A model generated the notes under the pieces. It ran no database searches and was not told the DNA's origin. It saw nothing but the letters and a program-made list of their open reading frames with translations. A DNA stretch of 64,000 nucleotides from a virus. Taxonomy: Duplodnaviria; Heunggongvirae; Uroviricota; Caudoviricetes. A program made the position numbers and the translations under genes. The DNA is taken from the IMG/VR virus record IMGVR_UViG_3300028571_000011; one strand, given 5' to 3'. Positions 42,073 to 52,228 of the stretch are shown here, one piece after another (positions within the stretch are counted from its first letter, which is position 1; the number at the start of each line of letters is the position of its first letter).

Positions 42073-42279
42073 ATGGCAACTCCAAAGCAGCCCAAGCAGA
42101 AGCTCAAGAGCTTCCGAATCATCTTCTCGCACCCTCGTCCATACGACTGTGTGGAAGCTGCGATGTTCTCATGCTTGAATGACAATGTTACCTTCTTCGA
42201 TGAAGACTACCGGCCCATCAAAGCATACACTTCAAAGGCTGGCGTGTCTTCCGTTGAAGAAGAAGAAGTGAATACCTGA
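42073..42279 (+). CDS. hypothetical protein
   Basis: ATG at 42073 inside ORF 42022..42279. Confidence 0.45.
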   Translation: MATPKQPKQKLKSFRIIFSHPRPYDCVEAAMFSCLNDNVTFFDEDYRPIKAYTSKAGVSSVEEEEVNT

Positions 42280-42533
42280 TGTCTTGCACGAGATGCGGCA
42301 AGACCACCAGTCGAAGCATCAGTCTTGCTTTGGACACTGGTGAAGCCACGATTGCAGTGTGTGCTTCATGCAAGGCCGCATCCATTTGGGGCTTCAAGCA
42401 GGCTAAGCTGCAGTTCAAGGCAATGCTTGCTGACGGCATGTCTAGGGAAGAAGCCGACAAGAAAATGAGGGATATACTGTGGCAGTTTATCCCAAAGGAA
42501 TTGAAGAATGAAAGTACGACGCAACTGCCGTAA
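42279..42533 (+). CDS. hypothetical protein (CxxC..CxxC)
   Basis: 84 aa. Confidence 0.45.
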   Translation: MSCTRCGKTTSRSISLALDTGEATIAVCASCKAASIWGFKQAKLQFKAMLADGMSREEADKKMRDILWQFIPKELKNESTTQLP

Positions 42534-42747
42534 GATCGAAGTCAATGGCAAGACTTTCCAGTACCTCATTGGCCGGTCCGCTGTCGTCATCTACGATGAC
42601 ACCGACAAGCGACACTACGCTCGGGTGGACGAGGTCAAGGGTCTGAGTCCCGACATCATTGAACGGGGCCGGTACAAAAAGACCAGTGACGGAATGGTCA
42701 CACCCAAGAACGTGGCGCACTGGATTGGTAACTGTCTCACAAAGTAG
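42508..42747 (+). CDS. hypothetical protein
   Basis: 79 aa. Confidence 0.4.
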   Translation: MKVRRNCRKIEVNGKTFQYLIGRSAVVIYDDTDKRHYARVDEVKGLSPDIIERGRYKKTSDGMVTPKNVAHWIGNCLTK

Positions 42748-42758
42748 GGAGAATCAGT

Positions 42759-43025
42759 ATGGCTGAAACGATACGCGCTGGGACTCGCATCCGAGACTTC
42801 CAGCCTGACAACACCGACAAGGAACTCTACATCGACGTTGGCTTCATGGGAGGAAGAGGGGCTATCACGGTTTCTTCTCTCCTGAACAAGATTCGGGAGA
42901 AGTGGCCTGATGCCAACCTCGATGAAGTCACCATCACAGCTGAGCATATCCACACGAGATGCTTGACTTACGATCTCTACAGCCACAGCGACTACGACGA
43001 CTTTCTTCTCATCGAGCGGCCATGA
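42759..43025 (+). CDS. hypothetical protein
   Basis: 88 aa. Confidence 0.45.
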   Translation: MAETIRAGTRIRDFQPDNTDKELYIDVGFMGGRGAITVSSLLNKIREKWPDANLDEVTITAEHIHTRCLTYDLYSHSDYDDFLLIERP

Positions 43026-43498
43026 CACACAAGACCAGAACTGTGTTCTGTACCTGCTCGTACGAGGACAGCGAAGAAATGACGGTACACGCCGCCCTAT
43101 GCGCAATCAAAGTCACCAACAAAGAAGATGGCGACTTGTCATTCATCGAGCAGATGTGTCACGCCTTGGACCTGCCAATCAGTGCCACACCTGAAGACTG
43201 CATCAACCGTGCGTTGAAGCGTTCCGCTGCACTAGTCATGGCGAATGCCACGGCAAAACGTCGAGGCGATCACCTCGACCAGTGGATCAGTGCAGCGACG
43301 TCAAACGCCCAGTTCGGTCGGGTGTGCAACGAGGTAACACCAGACCGTCTTCGTGAGGACATTGACAAAGCCGTTGACGCCATTCAGAAACGTCAAGCTG
43401 AAACCTTTGAACTTGAGCATCAAGTTCGGATGCTGACGCTGGACCTGCAGAACCTCAAGTCACGCATTCGTGCGCTGAACGACCACGCGAAAGATTGA
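43023..43498 (+). CDS. hypothetical protein
   Basis: ATG at 43023 inside ORF 42959..43498. Confidence 0.5.
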
Positions 43499-43508
43499 AG
43501 GAGTCATT

Positions 43509-43730
43509 TTGACAAAGATCCTCGACCCGGAAACTCGAAAAGACCAGATGAAGAGTAGGAGCAACAAGCAGGAGAAGCTCCGTCGCATCAAGGAATGCCT
43601 CGATGCTGGCAAGTCCGACATGGCAACTGCCTTGGTCGTTGGCTGCTCGTGGATCGAAGTCAAGGCCATCCGGTCTGGTACTGACATCCACCGCCTCAAA
43701 GGCACGGACCAGTTCCGTGGGATTGGGTGA
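43509..43730 (+). CDS. hypothetical protein
   Basis: TTG start with an AAGGAG RBS. Confidence 0.4.
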   Translation: MTKILDPETRKDQMKSRSNKQEKLRRIKECLDAGKSDMATALVVGCSWIEVKAIRSGTDIHRLKGTDQFRGIG

Positions 43731-43990
43731 GTATGGCACTCATTGCTGTTGGTAGCACGGTCACTGTTTGGTTCGGCGATGATCCGTTGTCCAAGCTCCA
43801 CGGTGTGGTCATGCGTGTCATTGTTCCCGATGACGCACTACGCGTGAGGGTCACCTCACTCGGTACTCTCGATCCAGCCTACAGTTGGATCGTGGGTGAA
43901 GAGTTCGACATGTGGCGGCTCAAGCGATTGAGCGACGCCAAGTATGATGATTACTTCTGGTCACCGGTCGGTGAGGAATTGGAACCATGA
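43727..43990 (+). CDS. hypothetical protein
   Basis: 87 aa. Confidence 0.45.
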   Translation: MSMALIAVGSTVTVWFGDDPLSKLHGVVMRVIVPDDALRVRVTSLGTLDPAYSWIVGEEFDMWRLKRLSDAKYDDYFWSPVGEELEP

Positions 43991-44457
43991 TGTTCACAGC
44001 TGATCAATTCGTAGCTCATCTCGTCGGGGACTACGTACTTCAAAGCGATTGGCAAGCCAACGAGAAAACGAAGAAGAGTGTGGCAGCGCTAGCCCATGCG
44101 CTGACGTACACGCTCCCCTTCCTCTTCATCACGCAGAGCCCAGTTGCTCTAGCGGTCATCTGCTCCACGCACTTCGTCATCGACCGCTGGCGGCTGGCCC
44201 GGTTTGTCGTCTACGCAAAGAACTTCCTCAGCCCTCGTGTCACCAGCAACACGACATTGGTTGAGAAGCAGGGCGTCTACGAGAAGTACATGGACACTCA
44301 GGTGACGTCAGACAAGTGGTGGCACCCGTGGGCCGAATGTGTGGGCACCGGCTACCACAAAGATCGACCACCTTGGTTGGCTGTGTGGCTGCTCATTATC
44401 GCTGACAACACGCTTCATATCGTGATCAATGGCCTTGCGATCAAGTTCCTCAACTGA
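43987..44457 (+). CDS. hypothetical membrane protein
   Basis: 156 aa with hydrophobic segments. Confidence 0.5.
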   Translation: MMFTADQFVAHLVGDYVLQSDWQANEKTKKSVAALAHALTYTLPFLFITQSPVALAVICSTHFVIDRWRLARFVVYAKNFLSPRVTSNTTLVEKQGVYEKYMDTQVTSDKWWHPWAECVGTGYHKDRPPWLAVWLLIIADNTLHIVINGLAIKFLN

Positions 44458-44488
44458 CCTCAACTGATCGCTTGCAGTAAAGCAGTGC

Positions 44489-44516
44489 TTGACTTGTTTG
44501 TGTGATCTGATAAGGT
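44489..44516 (+). promoter_or_regulatory. conserved promoter cassette: -35 TTGACT, -10 TAAGGT (TGA-extended)
   Basis: TAAAGCAGTGCTTGACTTGTTTGTGTGATCTGATAAGGTA; ATG at 44523. Confidence 0.55.
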
Positions 44517-44522
44517 ACTCGT

Positions 44523-44846
44523 ATGACGAACTCACAAACCATGCTGCTGACGACGGTCGTTGACCAGCGCCTCATCGAACTGCGCCTGAGCCTCAGTGAC
44601 GCGAAGCGCTACCTCGAAGCCGCCAGTGAGGCTGCCCAGACGACCATCAAGGACAACGAGCGTCAGGCAGCCTTCGATCATCTCGAAGCGATGCGCTGGA
44701 AGTTCCATGACGCCAGAGTCAAGCTCGAACGGTACGAAGCCGAGAAGTGCCAGCGTCAAGTCCCACTCGTGAGGGTCACCGCCGATCAGGGCTGGGATGA
44801 CTCAATCCATGACTGGTGCTGCGGTGAGGTCAGCTGTGACTGGTAA
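44523..44846 (+). CDS. hypothetical protein
   Basis: 107 aa, 7 nt after the -10. Confidence 0.5.
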   Translation: MTNSQTMLLTTVVDQRLIELRLSLSDAKRYLEAASEAAQTTIKDNERQAAFDHLEAMRWKFHDARVKLERYEAEKCQRQVPLVRVTADQGWDDSIHDWCCGEVSCDW

Positions 44847-45186
44847 GATCGATCTTCAACCTTGTGCTGACTGTGGGCAGTTGTGTCGCGAGATCGACAG
44901 CCCACAATCCGAACACTCAGCTTCATGCCCCCACTGGAAGGAACACGACAAGATGACGAAGCGCCTGAACAAGCACACTGTGAGCTACAACATCCTCGAC
45001 AACGGTGACGTCGACATCTCCTTCGTGAATATCACGACTGGTGCGACGAAGAAGTACCGGCTGGAACCAGCCGACGACTCCTCCACCGTCTCACTCCTGA
45101 TCCGTGACGCCGAGGGCACTGGGCTCGCCAGCGCCCAAGACCTTGCCCCGATGGTTGACGACTCAGCATGGCAAGCAAAGCCATGA
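44809..45186 (+). CDS. hypothetical protein
   Basis: ORF 44797..45186; first ATG at 44809. Confidence 0.4.
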   Translation: MTGAAVRSAVTGKIDLQPCADCGQLCREIDSPQSEHSASCPHWKEHDKMTKRLNKHTVSYNILDNGDVDISFVNITTGATKKYRLEPADDSSTVSLLIRDAEGTGLASAQDLAPMVDDSAWQAKP

Positions 45187-45464
45187 GCGAAGCAGTCATC
45201 TGCGCAGGATGCAAGCGCTCATTTCGCACCCGTCAAGGACTTGGAGTTCACTGGGACCACGAGAGGCGCAAGCCAGACGGTGGCTGTGTGGGACCAATCG
45301 AGCCGACGTGTGTTCCTGCTGACGTTGACGCCATCACAGCAGCAGTTCGTGCTGCTGACCTCGCCTTCGAAAGCTCTGGTGGTTCCAGCCGCCACTACGT
45401 TCGTGAATGCCTGATCCCCCACCTTGAAGCGGCTGGACTTGTCATTGTCAAGTCGGGTAACTGA
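45168..45464 (+). CDS. hypothetical protein
   Basis: 98 aa. Confidence 0.45.
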   Translation: MASKAMSEAVICAGCKRSFRTRQGLGVHWDHERRKPDGGCVGPIEPTCVPADVDAITAAVRAADLAFESSGGSSRHYVRECLIPHLEAAGLVIVKSGN

Positions 45465-45475
45465 CGGAGAGATAC

Positions 45476-45943
45476 GTGATCGAAACGCTGATTCAGCATC
45501 TGGAGCGACAGACCATCGACAACATGCGCAAGTGTGGGCTTGAGGTGACAGCCATTACGAGGCTGATCGTGATGCCTCGCTCTCAGCAGGTGATGGGCCT
45601 CGACGAGGACCTGATGCGACTGGTGGCTGATGCTGTGGTCGTCGACCCGTCCAAGTCTGGGAAGATGACAAAGGAGGAGCGCAAGCTTCACGGGCGAACC
45701 TACTCCCTGAGAGAGGGTGAGGTTGTGTGGGCTGTGTGCTCTGGGAAGGGGCACACCACTGGTCGCGTGCATAAGAAAGGCTTCCAGCCATTCATCTCCA
45801 GAGAAGACGCTTGCGCTTACGCCGGGTTCAAAGCCGGGTCTGGAGTCCATCTGGCCACGAATTGGTATCAGCTGCCGACACGTGACCCATTGGTGTCGCT
45901 GCCCCTTCACTGGTCAGTCGTGCAGTATGATCTCGTGCAGTAA
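45476..45943 (+). CDS. hypothetical protein
   Basis: GTG start with a GGAGAG RBS. Confidence 0.45.
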   Translation: MIETLIQHLERQTIDNMRKCGLEVTAITRLIVMPRSQQVMGLDEDLMRLVADAVVVDPSKSGKMTKEERKLHGRTYSLREGEVVWAVCSGKGHTTGRVHKKGFQPFISREDACAYAGFKAGSGVHLATNWYQLPTRDPLVSLPLHWSVVQYDLVQ

Positions 45944-45951
45944 AGCATAGC

Positions 45952-45979
45952 TTGACTTATCTGTGTGATCTGATAAGCT
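45952..45979 (+). promoter_or_regulatory. conserved promoter cassette: -35 TTGACT, -10 TAAGCT
   Basis: TAAAGCATAGCTTGACTTATCTGTGTGATCTGATAAGCT. Confidence 0.5.
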
Positions 45980-46001
45980 GTCTTCAACACGGAGCCACCA
46001 A

Positions 46002-46100
46002 ATGCCCAAGATGAACGCCGAACAAGTCAACGCCGCCTTCGCCACTCTCCAGCGTGCTTGTGCCGCCCTCAGCACGGTGAAGTTCAACAAGGTACGCTGA
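46002..46100 (+). CDS. small protein (32 aa)
   Basis: ATG after the promoter; below the ORF-track cutoff. Confidence 0.3.
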   Translation: MPKMNAEQVNAAFATLQRACAALSTVKFNKVR

Positions 46101-46205
46101 GCCCGGTATGCGTGCGACGATCACGCATGTTGACTGGGACACCAAGGGCACGAAGACCTCAAGGAGGACTCAAAGCTCCGTGAGTTATGTGTCAGCCTTG
46201 GTCTC

Positions 46206-46448
46206 ATGACCACTGGTGTGTGCGTCGCACCTCTGCTTTGGATCGAAGGTCTCAGCGTCGAGAGCCTGCTCACACTGGCAGCAGCTGTTTCAGTCCTGTG
46301 TGGTTCGGGCTTCATCGGCCTCAGACGTGCTGTCGTTGCTATCGGGCCACCAGTCAAGGTCGACATGGTCAGCGTCCACTCGGAGTCTGGCGCTCCAGTC
46401 CGAGTTCCTCTTCTTGAGAAAGAAAACACCAATGCCACTGCTGGTTGA
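46206..46448 (+). CDS. small hydrophobic membrane protein
   Basis: 80 aa, mostly hydrophobic. Confidence 0.3.
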   Translation: MTTGVCVAPLLWIEGLSVESLLTLAAAVSVLCGSGFIGLRRAVVAIGPPVKVDMVSVHSESGAPVRVPLLEKENTNATAG

Positions 46449-46743
46449 GATCGATTCTGAGGCTGAACTGCGGCTGCTTGAGGCTGAGGGAGTGATCCAA
46501 TCACTTCAGGAACGTGTCAGCTTCGCAGAGAAGAAGCTGGATGAAGCGACAGCGAAGCTGGCTTTGGAGACGGCTGCCACTGCGGCAACCATCGCCAAGG
46601 TCAAGGAGAAGACGAAGCGGGCTGGTCAGATGCAGGGCGAGCTTCGTTTGCTCCTGAAGGATTCCCTCAAGGTCTTGACCGAAGACCGGCACCCAACAGT
46701 GATTGCGCTTCGCGAACGAATCCAGACCGCGCTTGACAAGTAA
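46430..46743 (+). CDS. coiled-coil protein
   Basis: ATG at 46430 inside ORF 46216..46743. Confidence 0.45.
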
Positions 46744-46765
46744 CCACATTCCAATAGGAGTTCAC

Positions 46766-47197
46766 ATGCCGAAGCGTAAGAACGAAGACGAAAACCAACT
46801 GTCGACGCCGAAGAAGGAGGACACGCTCAAAGCCAAAGTGGCCTACTTCATCCAGAGGTATGGTGACGACGTCATCAGCATCGAAGACGCTGTCCGTACG
46901 CCGATCCTTCTTGCCAACCAGATCGGTGGTGCAATCAGGACCAATGCTATCTCGTTGGGCATCGCGACTGCTGCCATGCATTCGCACTACCCTCCGAAGG
47001 AAGCAATGGAGGACTCCCATGAATTCAGGAATGAACTCAGCTTCCTTCAGGACCTCCTGAACCGCTGCGTCGGCTCGCACTTCGACAACATGGTCAGGGA
47101 TGCTGACCGAGCCAGCGCCAACGTCCTCAGTGCATTTCTGGCAGGCACGGACCACAATGTCGGAACGCACAATGCCGGAACCGGTCTCGACGAATAA
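46766..47197 (+). CDS. hypothetical protein
   Basis: CCAATAGGAG RBS, the same RBS block as at 47226 and 49327. Confidence 0.5.
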   Translation: MPKRKNEDENQLSTPKKEDTLKAKVAYFIQRYGDDVISIEDAVRTPILLANQIGGAIRTNAISLGIATAAMHSHYPPKEAMEDSHEFRNELSFLQDLLNRCVGSHFDNMVRDADRASANVLSAFLAGTDHNVGTHNAGTGLDE

Positions 47198-47238
47198 CAG
47201 CCAGCAGTAAGTAACAACCACAACAATAGGAGTACAAA

Positions 47239-48210
47239 ATGGCCAAAGCCAAGACGACCCAGACCGAACTCGACATCGAAGTCAGCAATGAGAAAATCAA
47301 GGCGAAGACAGTCAAGCAGCTGCAGAACGTCATCGCTGCGCTGAAGAAGGTCGGTATCCCAGCCTCCTTCCGGACGGTGCCAGTGTCTGGTGATAGCCAG
47401 ATCGAGCTTCAACTCGACAGTGCTCGGCACAAGGCCGAGTTGATTGCCCGCTTCCACGAAGTGGGCGAGTCGCTCAGTGGAAAGACTCCGAAGGTGGAGC
47501 CTCTGACGACAGAGGACATCCGTGTCGTGAGTTCGGACAATAAGTTCCGGCAGGTGATCATCCGTTTGGAAGGTGCAGCCCGTACCGTCGTTCGTGACGT
47601 GACGGAGGGTGTTGACTCTGTTGACCACAAGCCAAAACGAAACTCCCTGACCCGCAAGTTCCCTGTCACGCTCCCAGTCGGTACGAGCTACAACGTCAAG
47701 CTCCTGAAGACCGTTCCCAACGTTCCCGGCACCTACTACAAGCACACGCAGCACTACCGGGTCACCGCGTCTGTGCCTGCGGCGACGACGTACTTCCTCG
47801 TTGGCTACGACGAGAGGCATCTCTTCATCTCGATGCTGCCGAAGCCGGTGAAAACCGTGCAGCAGGCGCACCGCGCGCTCCTTCCGAAGGAACTCCAGAA
47901 CAAGAAGAAGGGCAGCTACTTCCGACAGGGTGAATTCTTCTTCATCCCCGTCACGAAGGCAGAGATCGAGATCATCATCAAGGAAAACAAGGAAGGTGGT
48001 AACGCTAACGCTGATGGTGCTCGTGGTCTGACTGGCTCTGACCCAGATGTCGCAGAAGGTGACCACTTCGCATCGGTGACGGTGGTTCACAAGAACATCG
48101 AGTACGTCTCAGGCTGCGTCAGCAATGATCGACACACGTTGTTCCTGAACGGCTGGTACCGCTGCATCCACAACATGGAGATCATCAGCGGAAACGACAG
48201 CTGGGACTGA
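47239..48210 (+). CDS. hypothetical protein (323 aa)
   Basis: ACAATAGGAG RBS. Confidence 0.55.
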   Translation: MAKAKTTQTELDIEVSNEKIKAKTVKQLQNVIAALKKVGIPASFRTVPVSGDSQIELQLDSARHKAELIARFHEVGESLSGKTPKVEPLTTEDIRVVSSDNKFRQVIIRLEGAARTVVRDVTEGVDSVDHKPKRNSLTRKFPVTLPVGTSYNVKLLKTVPNVPGTYYKHTQHYRVTASVPAATTYFLVGYDERHLFISMLPKPVKTVQQAHRALLPKELQNKKKGSYFRQGEFFFIPVTKAEIEIIIKENKEGGNANADGARGLTGSDPDVAEGDHFASVTVVHKNIEYVSGCVSNDRHTLFLNGWYRCIHNMEIISGNDSWD

Positions 48211-48224
48211 TCGTCAACAACAGC

Positions 48225-48252
48225 TTGACTTCTCGGCCAATAGTGCTAAGAG
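48225..48252 (+). promoter_or_regulatory. conserved promoter cassette: -35 TTGACT, -10 TAAGAG
   Basis: CAGCTTGACTTCTCGGCCAATAGTGCTAAGAGT; ATG at 48259. Confidence 0.5.
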
Positions 48253-48258
48253 TCTTGC

Positions 48259-48687
48259 ATGACGATTCATCTGCCCACCACGATCAAAGGCACGCTGAAG
48301 ACGTACTGCGGCTCTGCCGCTGATCAGGACCAGATCACGACAAGCCTCGAAGCTTACAACTGCGAGGCTTGTCGCAAGGAGAGTGACCTGATTGACTCCA
48401 TCCTTGACGACACCATGGCTCTTGTTGATGGCGTGTTCACCATGCACACCGACAAGGAAGTGGTCTTCATGCTGATGGATGTCATCTACATGAACCGACA
48501 ACCCGACCGCTTCAGTGGTGATGGCTTCAATCCGGGTCCGGGTCCGATGACAGGGACCTTTGCCATCTGGGACAACGCCATCGGCGACTGTTCGATCCAA
48601 GTGAGCTTCTCACCGCCTGACGAGGGAAGCATCCGTGTCACGAATGCTTTTCGCTACAAGCTCCCACCGAAGGCGTCGAGTGTCTAA
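48259..48687 (+). CDS. hypothetical protein
   Basis: 142 aa. Confidence 0.5.
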   Translation: MTIHLPTTIKGTLKTYCGSAADQDQITTSLEAYNCEACRKESDLIDSILDDTMALVDGVFTMHTDKEVVFMLMDVIYMNRQPDRFSGDGFNPGPGPMTGTFAIWDNAIGDCSIQVSFSPPDEGSIRVTNAFRYKLPPKASSV

Positions 48688-48819
48688 GTTCAACTTCTCC
48701 TTCTTCGTGCTGCTGGTCATCTGGTCTGTGGTCAATCTCTTTGTCCCTTTTCCGCCAGTAACCAACTTTGGGGTAGTGGTCTTGTTTGCACTCACCCTTG
48801 CTCTCGACGGGGATAAATA

Positions 48820-49314
48820 ATGCCGTACTTTGGACAGACCACCTTCGCTGAGATCGTTTCCTCCTACAAGGGAGGTACGCTTCTACGCGTCGAGATGTTC
48901 GATGGCCTGCGGTCAATCTCGCACGAAGTCGACGACTTGGCTGTTGAGATTGAATCGATCAGGGAAGAGATGACCATTCCCCGAACTGCTGAACACTCGG
49001 AAGAGCCACTGGTGCTGGCTCTTCTTCGAGATACCCTGCAAGTTGCATGGGCAGCGGTTGAAGGAGGTCATCCACTTGATACTCGCCACCACCGGATGAA
49101 TTTCATCAAGCTGCTGGCGAAGACTGCGCTACCAGTAATGAGTGTCTGGAAACACATCGGCACAGGTGGCATCTACGCCATTCAGGTACCATTCTCGTAC
49201 AACGAGGCTGACATGAAGCCAGTTGTCGTCTACCGTTCTCTTGCGGATTCCTTCGTCAGGCCGCTCATCGACTTCATCAGTGCCACACCTCGCTACACAC
49301 GTATCATCATCTGA
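48820..49314 (+). CDS. hypothetical protein
   Basis: 164 aa. Confidence 0.5.
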   Translation: MPYFGQTTFAEIVSSYKGGTLLRVEMFDGLRSISHEVDDLAVEIESIREEMTIPRTAEHSEEPLVLALLRDTLQVAWAAVEGGHPLDTRHHRMNFIKLLAKTALPVMSVWKHIGTGGIYAIQVPFSYNEADMKPVVVYRSLADSFVRPLIDFISATPRYTRIII

Positions 49315-49341
49315 ACCTGAATCCATCCAATAGGAGTTCCC

Positions 49342-49551
49342 ATGCCATTCACGTTGACCAAGACCGTCCGCCGACCAACACGCATCACCGACCTCTGCGA
49401 TATCAAGCAGACACGCTACTCGACTGAGTACGAAGCGCTATGCTTCGCTGAGTGTGAACGCGACGACGACTATGTCGTCACGCTCACCAATGACGAGAGC
49501 CGAGACTGCAGCCAGTCGTTGGGCAACGTACCTCTGAGATCGCGGGGCTGA
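49342..49551 (+). CDS. hypothetical protein
   Basis: CCAATAGGAG RBS; 69 aa. Confidence 0.45.
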   Translation: MPFTLTKTVRRPTRITDLCDIKQTRYSTEYEALCFAECERDDDYVVTLTNDESRDCSQSLGNVPLRSRG

Positions 49552-49580
49552 TCAACAGCGACAGCGATGGCTTCCGGAGT

Positions 49581-50279
49581 TTGTTCACTCGGTCAGCAGA
49601 GAAGATCGAAATTGAAGTCCCGGTCGCTGACCCGACCAGCCTCCCACCGGAGATGACTGTTGACCTGCTGCGGCGGCACGTCCCGATTGACATCGACGCA
49701 TTCATCCCGAGTTTCACGACCGACACCCAAAGGTCGAAGGAAGCAATGGCAGCTTCCTTCTTGGACGCCGTCAAGAGCTACTACAACTACGGCACGTACT
49801 GCTGTGGCATCCGGTCCATCGAGATCCTCGGAACGAATGAGGACTGGACATTCCTCGCCGAGGTGTCTGACTCCGTCAGGAAGGTTCTGACGTCGGTGCA
49901 CAACAAGCACGAGACTCGATTGGATGAGTGGTTGTCGAAGCTGTCAGAACGCGCCGTGCTTCTCCGTGAAGCCCGCAATGGTGGAGACTCCTCCTTCCTG
50001 AAGGACATCTTCTCGTCCAAGCGTTGCGGGAGCGGGAGTGACGAGACCATCACTGGCTGGTTCGTGAGTGAGTTCTTCTTCAAGACTCACGATGGAGAGA
50101 TGGGAAAGAACGTCCCAGCTTCCCTCGCGATTGTTCCATACAAGAATCTGGAGACCGGCAGGAATTTCACGGCTGTGCATGGTCTCTTCGACACGAGGGT
50201 CATTGGTGATGGCCTTGACAAGGTCATCGTTCCGCAGTTCAACAGCATGGTGTTCGAGCACAACAAGGTGAAAGCATGA
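49581..50279 (+). CDS. hypothetical protein
   Basis: TTG start with a GGAG RBS; 232 aa. Confidence 0.45.
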   Translation: MFTRSAEKIEIEVPVADPTSLPPEMTVDLLRRHVPIDIDAFIPSFTTDTQRSKEAMAASFLDAVKSYYNYGTYCCGIRSIEILGTNEDWTFLAEVSDSVRKVLTSVHNKHETRLDEWLSKLSERAVLLREARNGGDSSFLKDIFSSKRCGSGSDETITGWFVSEFFFKTHDGEMGKNVPASLAIVPYKNLETGRNFTAVHGLFDTRVIGDGLDKVIVPQFNSMVFEHNKVKA

Positions 50280-50611
50280 AAGTCAAAGGTACCGAGACCA
50301 CCTCCCGCCGTGTGGAAATCGACGTCGACATCATCGACGCTGCCAAGCTTGTAGCGAACGCTCTGCTGAGTAGCTACGGTGCAGACAAGGGAGAAGAGCT
50401 TTCTTTGAGTTGCTTCGTGTCATGCAACACTGATCACGTTGGAGCCATCGCATACGACGTGGAGCACAGTGCTGGTTCACACAGCTACACCACGGAAGTC
50501 GTGGCTGTTGCCCAGCCGACGAAGGAGCAGCTTGACGCTCTTGACCTTGCGAAGCTGTTTGTGTCGAGGGTTCGTGATGGGGTGTCCCGTTCGAATGGTG
50601 CACTGAAGTGA
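50276..50611 (+). CDS. hypothetical protein
   Basis: 111 aa. Confidence 0.45.
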   Translation: MKVKGTETTSRRVEIDVDIIDAAKLVANALLSSYGADKGEELSLSCFVSCNTDHVGAIAYDVEHSAGSHSYTTEVVAVAQPTKEQLDALDLAKLFVSRVRDGVSRSNGALK

Positions 50612-50853
50612 AGACACTGAAGAACAAACGCAAGGCAACTCGCGCCTTCAGGAAGGCAGACCGGGCGTCCTACATCTGGGGGTTGCCGCCGCCGTTTAGT
50701 ACTGACACCTCGTACATGCGAGAAGGTATCGACAGGGAGAAACCACGCTGCATCCAGCAGGAGCGTGCCCGACGGCATTGGACCCGACGTGCTATCAAAG
50801 GCGCAGTCAATGGCAGCAGCCATGGCTTCACTGTCACTCGGACTTCGAAATGA
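50608..50853 (+). CDS. hypothetical basic protein
   Basis: GTG start overlapping the upstream stop. Confidence 0.35.
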   Translation: MKTLKNKRKATRAFRKADRASYIWGLPPPFSTDTSYMREGIDREKPRCIQQERARRHWTRRAIKGAVNGSSHGFTVTRTSK

Positions 50854-51338
50854 ACACACTAAGTAAAGCACTTAGCGGAGCCATCATTGAAGGAGATTAC
50901 AGATATCTCCTGTGGCGCTACATTAATGAAGAGGCATCTGGGACGGCTCTTTTTGTCATGTTGAATCCGTCAACCGCTGATCAGAACGTCGACGACGCCA
51001 CCATCCGCCGCTGCATCTCCTTCACTCGAAGCTGGGGGCTGGCGCAGTTGGAGGTTGTCAATCTGTTTGGTCTCAGGTCGACAGACCCGAAGGCCCTACT
51101 GATCTCAGACGACCCAGTTGGACCACGCAATTTCGAGTACATCGAACACGCAGTGCAGAACGCAAGCAAGATTGTTCTTGCTTGGGGTACTCATGGTACA
51201 CTGCACAATCGTGACAAGGATTTCCTTCGGGAGTTCAACGAGTACAGCGACAAGTTCGAGTGCCTTGGCAAGACCATGAATGGCCACCCCAAACACCCGC
51301 TGTACATCGCAGCCGCTCAACCACTCATGAAGTTCTAG
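50853..51338 (+). CDS. DUF1643-family protein
   Basis: LFVMLNPSTAD..DDATIRRC..F...WG......VNLFGLRSTDP matches the DUF1643 signature. Confidence 0.5.
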   Translation, partial: NTLSKALSGAIIEGDYRYLLWRYINEEASGTALFVMLNPSTADQNVDDATIRRCISFTRSWGLAQLEVVNLFGLRSTDPKALLISDDPVGPRNFEYIEHAVQNASKIVLAWGTHGTLHNRDKDFLREFNEYSDKFECLGKTMNGHPKHPLYIAAAQPLMKF

Positions 51339-51356
51339 CTATGAGCCGGAGGCCGA

Positions 51357-51689
51357 ATGAACAGCGAGCAGCGCCAGAAGCAAGTCACGTTTTTCTACGA
51401 GAGGCTGATGAGCCTACACGGCGTTGTCGCGGTCGACAGCCCCGAATACCGTAAGGCTAGGCGGGACTTGGAGATTGCGTGTGCTGTTGTCGTGAACCCC
51501 CATGACGAGGAACGCATGCACACTGAGCGCCGAGAGGCCCATGCCGCTGAGCTACGTCGCCTACGCAGCATGGACGACGATGATAACTACTACTGGCCAC
51601 GTCGGGCGCATCCTCCACAGGCATCTGATTCCGGTAAGCATGAGCACGAGTCAGTGCGGCTAATCGCTAAGTGTCGGTACTTTCACTGA
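51357..51689 (+). CDS. hypothetical protein
   Basis: 110 aa. Confidence 0.45.
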   Translation: MNSEQRQKQVTFFYERLMSLHGVVAVDSPEYRKARRDLEIACAVVVNPHDEERMHTERREAHAAELRRLRSMDDDDNYYWPRRAHPPQASDSGKHEHESVRLIAKCRYFH

Positions 51690-51709
51690 AGGGGCACGTA
51701 AAGCAGAGC

Positions 51710-51738
51710 TTGACATGCGATGAGTGATCTGGTAAGAG
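51710..51738 (+). promoter_or_regulatory. conserved promoter cassette: -35 TTGACA (consensus), -10 TAAGAG
   Basis: TAAAGCAGAGCTTGACATGCGATGAGTGATCTGGTAAGAGT. Confidence 0.55.
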
Positions 51739-51744
51739 TAAGTG

Positions 51745-51978
51745 ATGAACACGAACACCAAGCTCGTCGCTGCCAAGTACCGCGCCCACATCAACAACGA
51801 TGGTTGGGGTGTCTACATGTTCTGCTTTGACTACGACACGAACAGCTTCGAGAAGTCGGGCAGCTGTGTCAGCCGCTTCAAGATGACGGCTGAGAAGGCA
51901 GCGGCTTCCGCTGCGGCTTTTCAGGCGAAGGAAGACAAGTCCGTGGCGAAGGAAAACAAGCGTCTCGGGTTCAACTGA
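51745..51978 (+). CDS. hypothetical protein
   Basis: 77 aa, 7 nt after the -10. Confidence 0.45.
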   Translation: MNTNTKLVAAKYRAHINNDGWGVYMFCFDYDTNSFEKSGSCVSRFKMTAEKAAASAAAFQAKEDKSVAKENKRLGFN

Positions 51979-51979
51979 A

Positions 51980-52228
51980 ATGAAGCACCTTCTTGCTTTC
52001 CGATCCAACTTCACGCAGAACTTCCCCAACCCGGCTCCTCCGGGTCATGGCCAGACGTACTGCCGGATCAACCTCCCGATTGGTGAACTCGTCAATGAGG
52101 ACGAATGCATCATGCGTGACTTGCCTGTCGAGTACGACTGCCCAGACTGCAAAAAGGCAGTCGACGAAGGTACGGCGCACGTCGAAGCCTGCTTCGCCCT
52201 CGATCGAGCCCGCTACCCAAGATCCTGA
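51980..52228 (+). CDS. hypothetical Cys-containing protein
   Basis: 82 aa. Confidence 0.4.
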   Translation: MKHLLAFRSNFTQNFPNPAPPGHGQTYCRINLPIGELVNEDECIMRDLPVEYDCPDCKKAVDEGTAHVEACFALDRARYPRS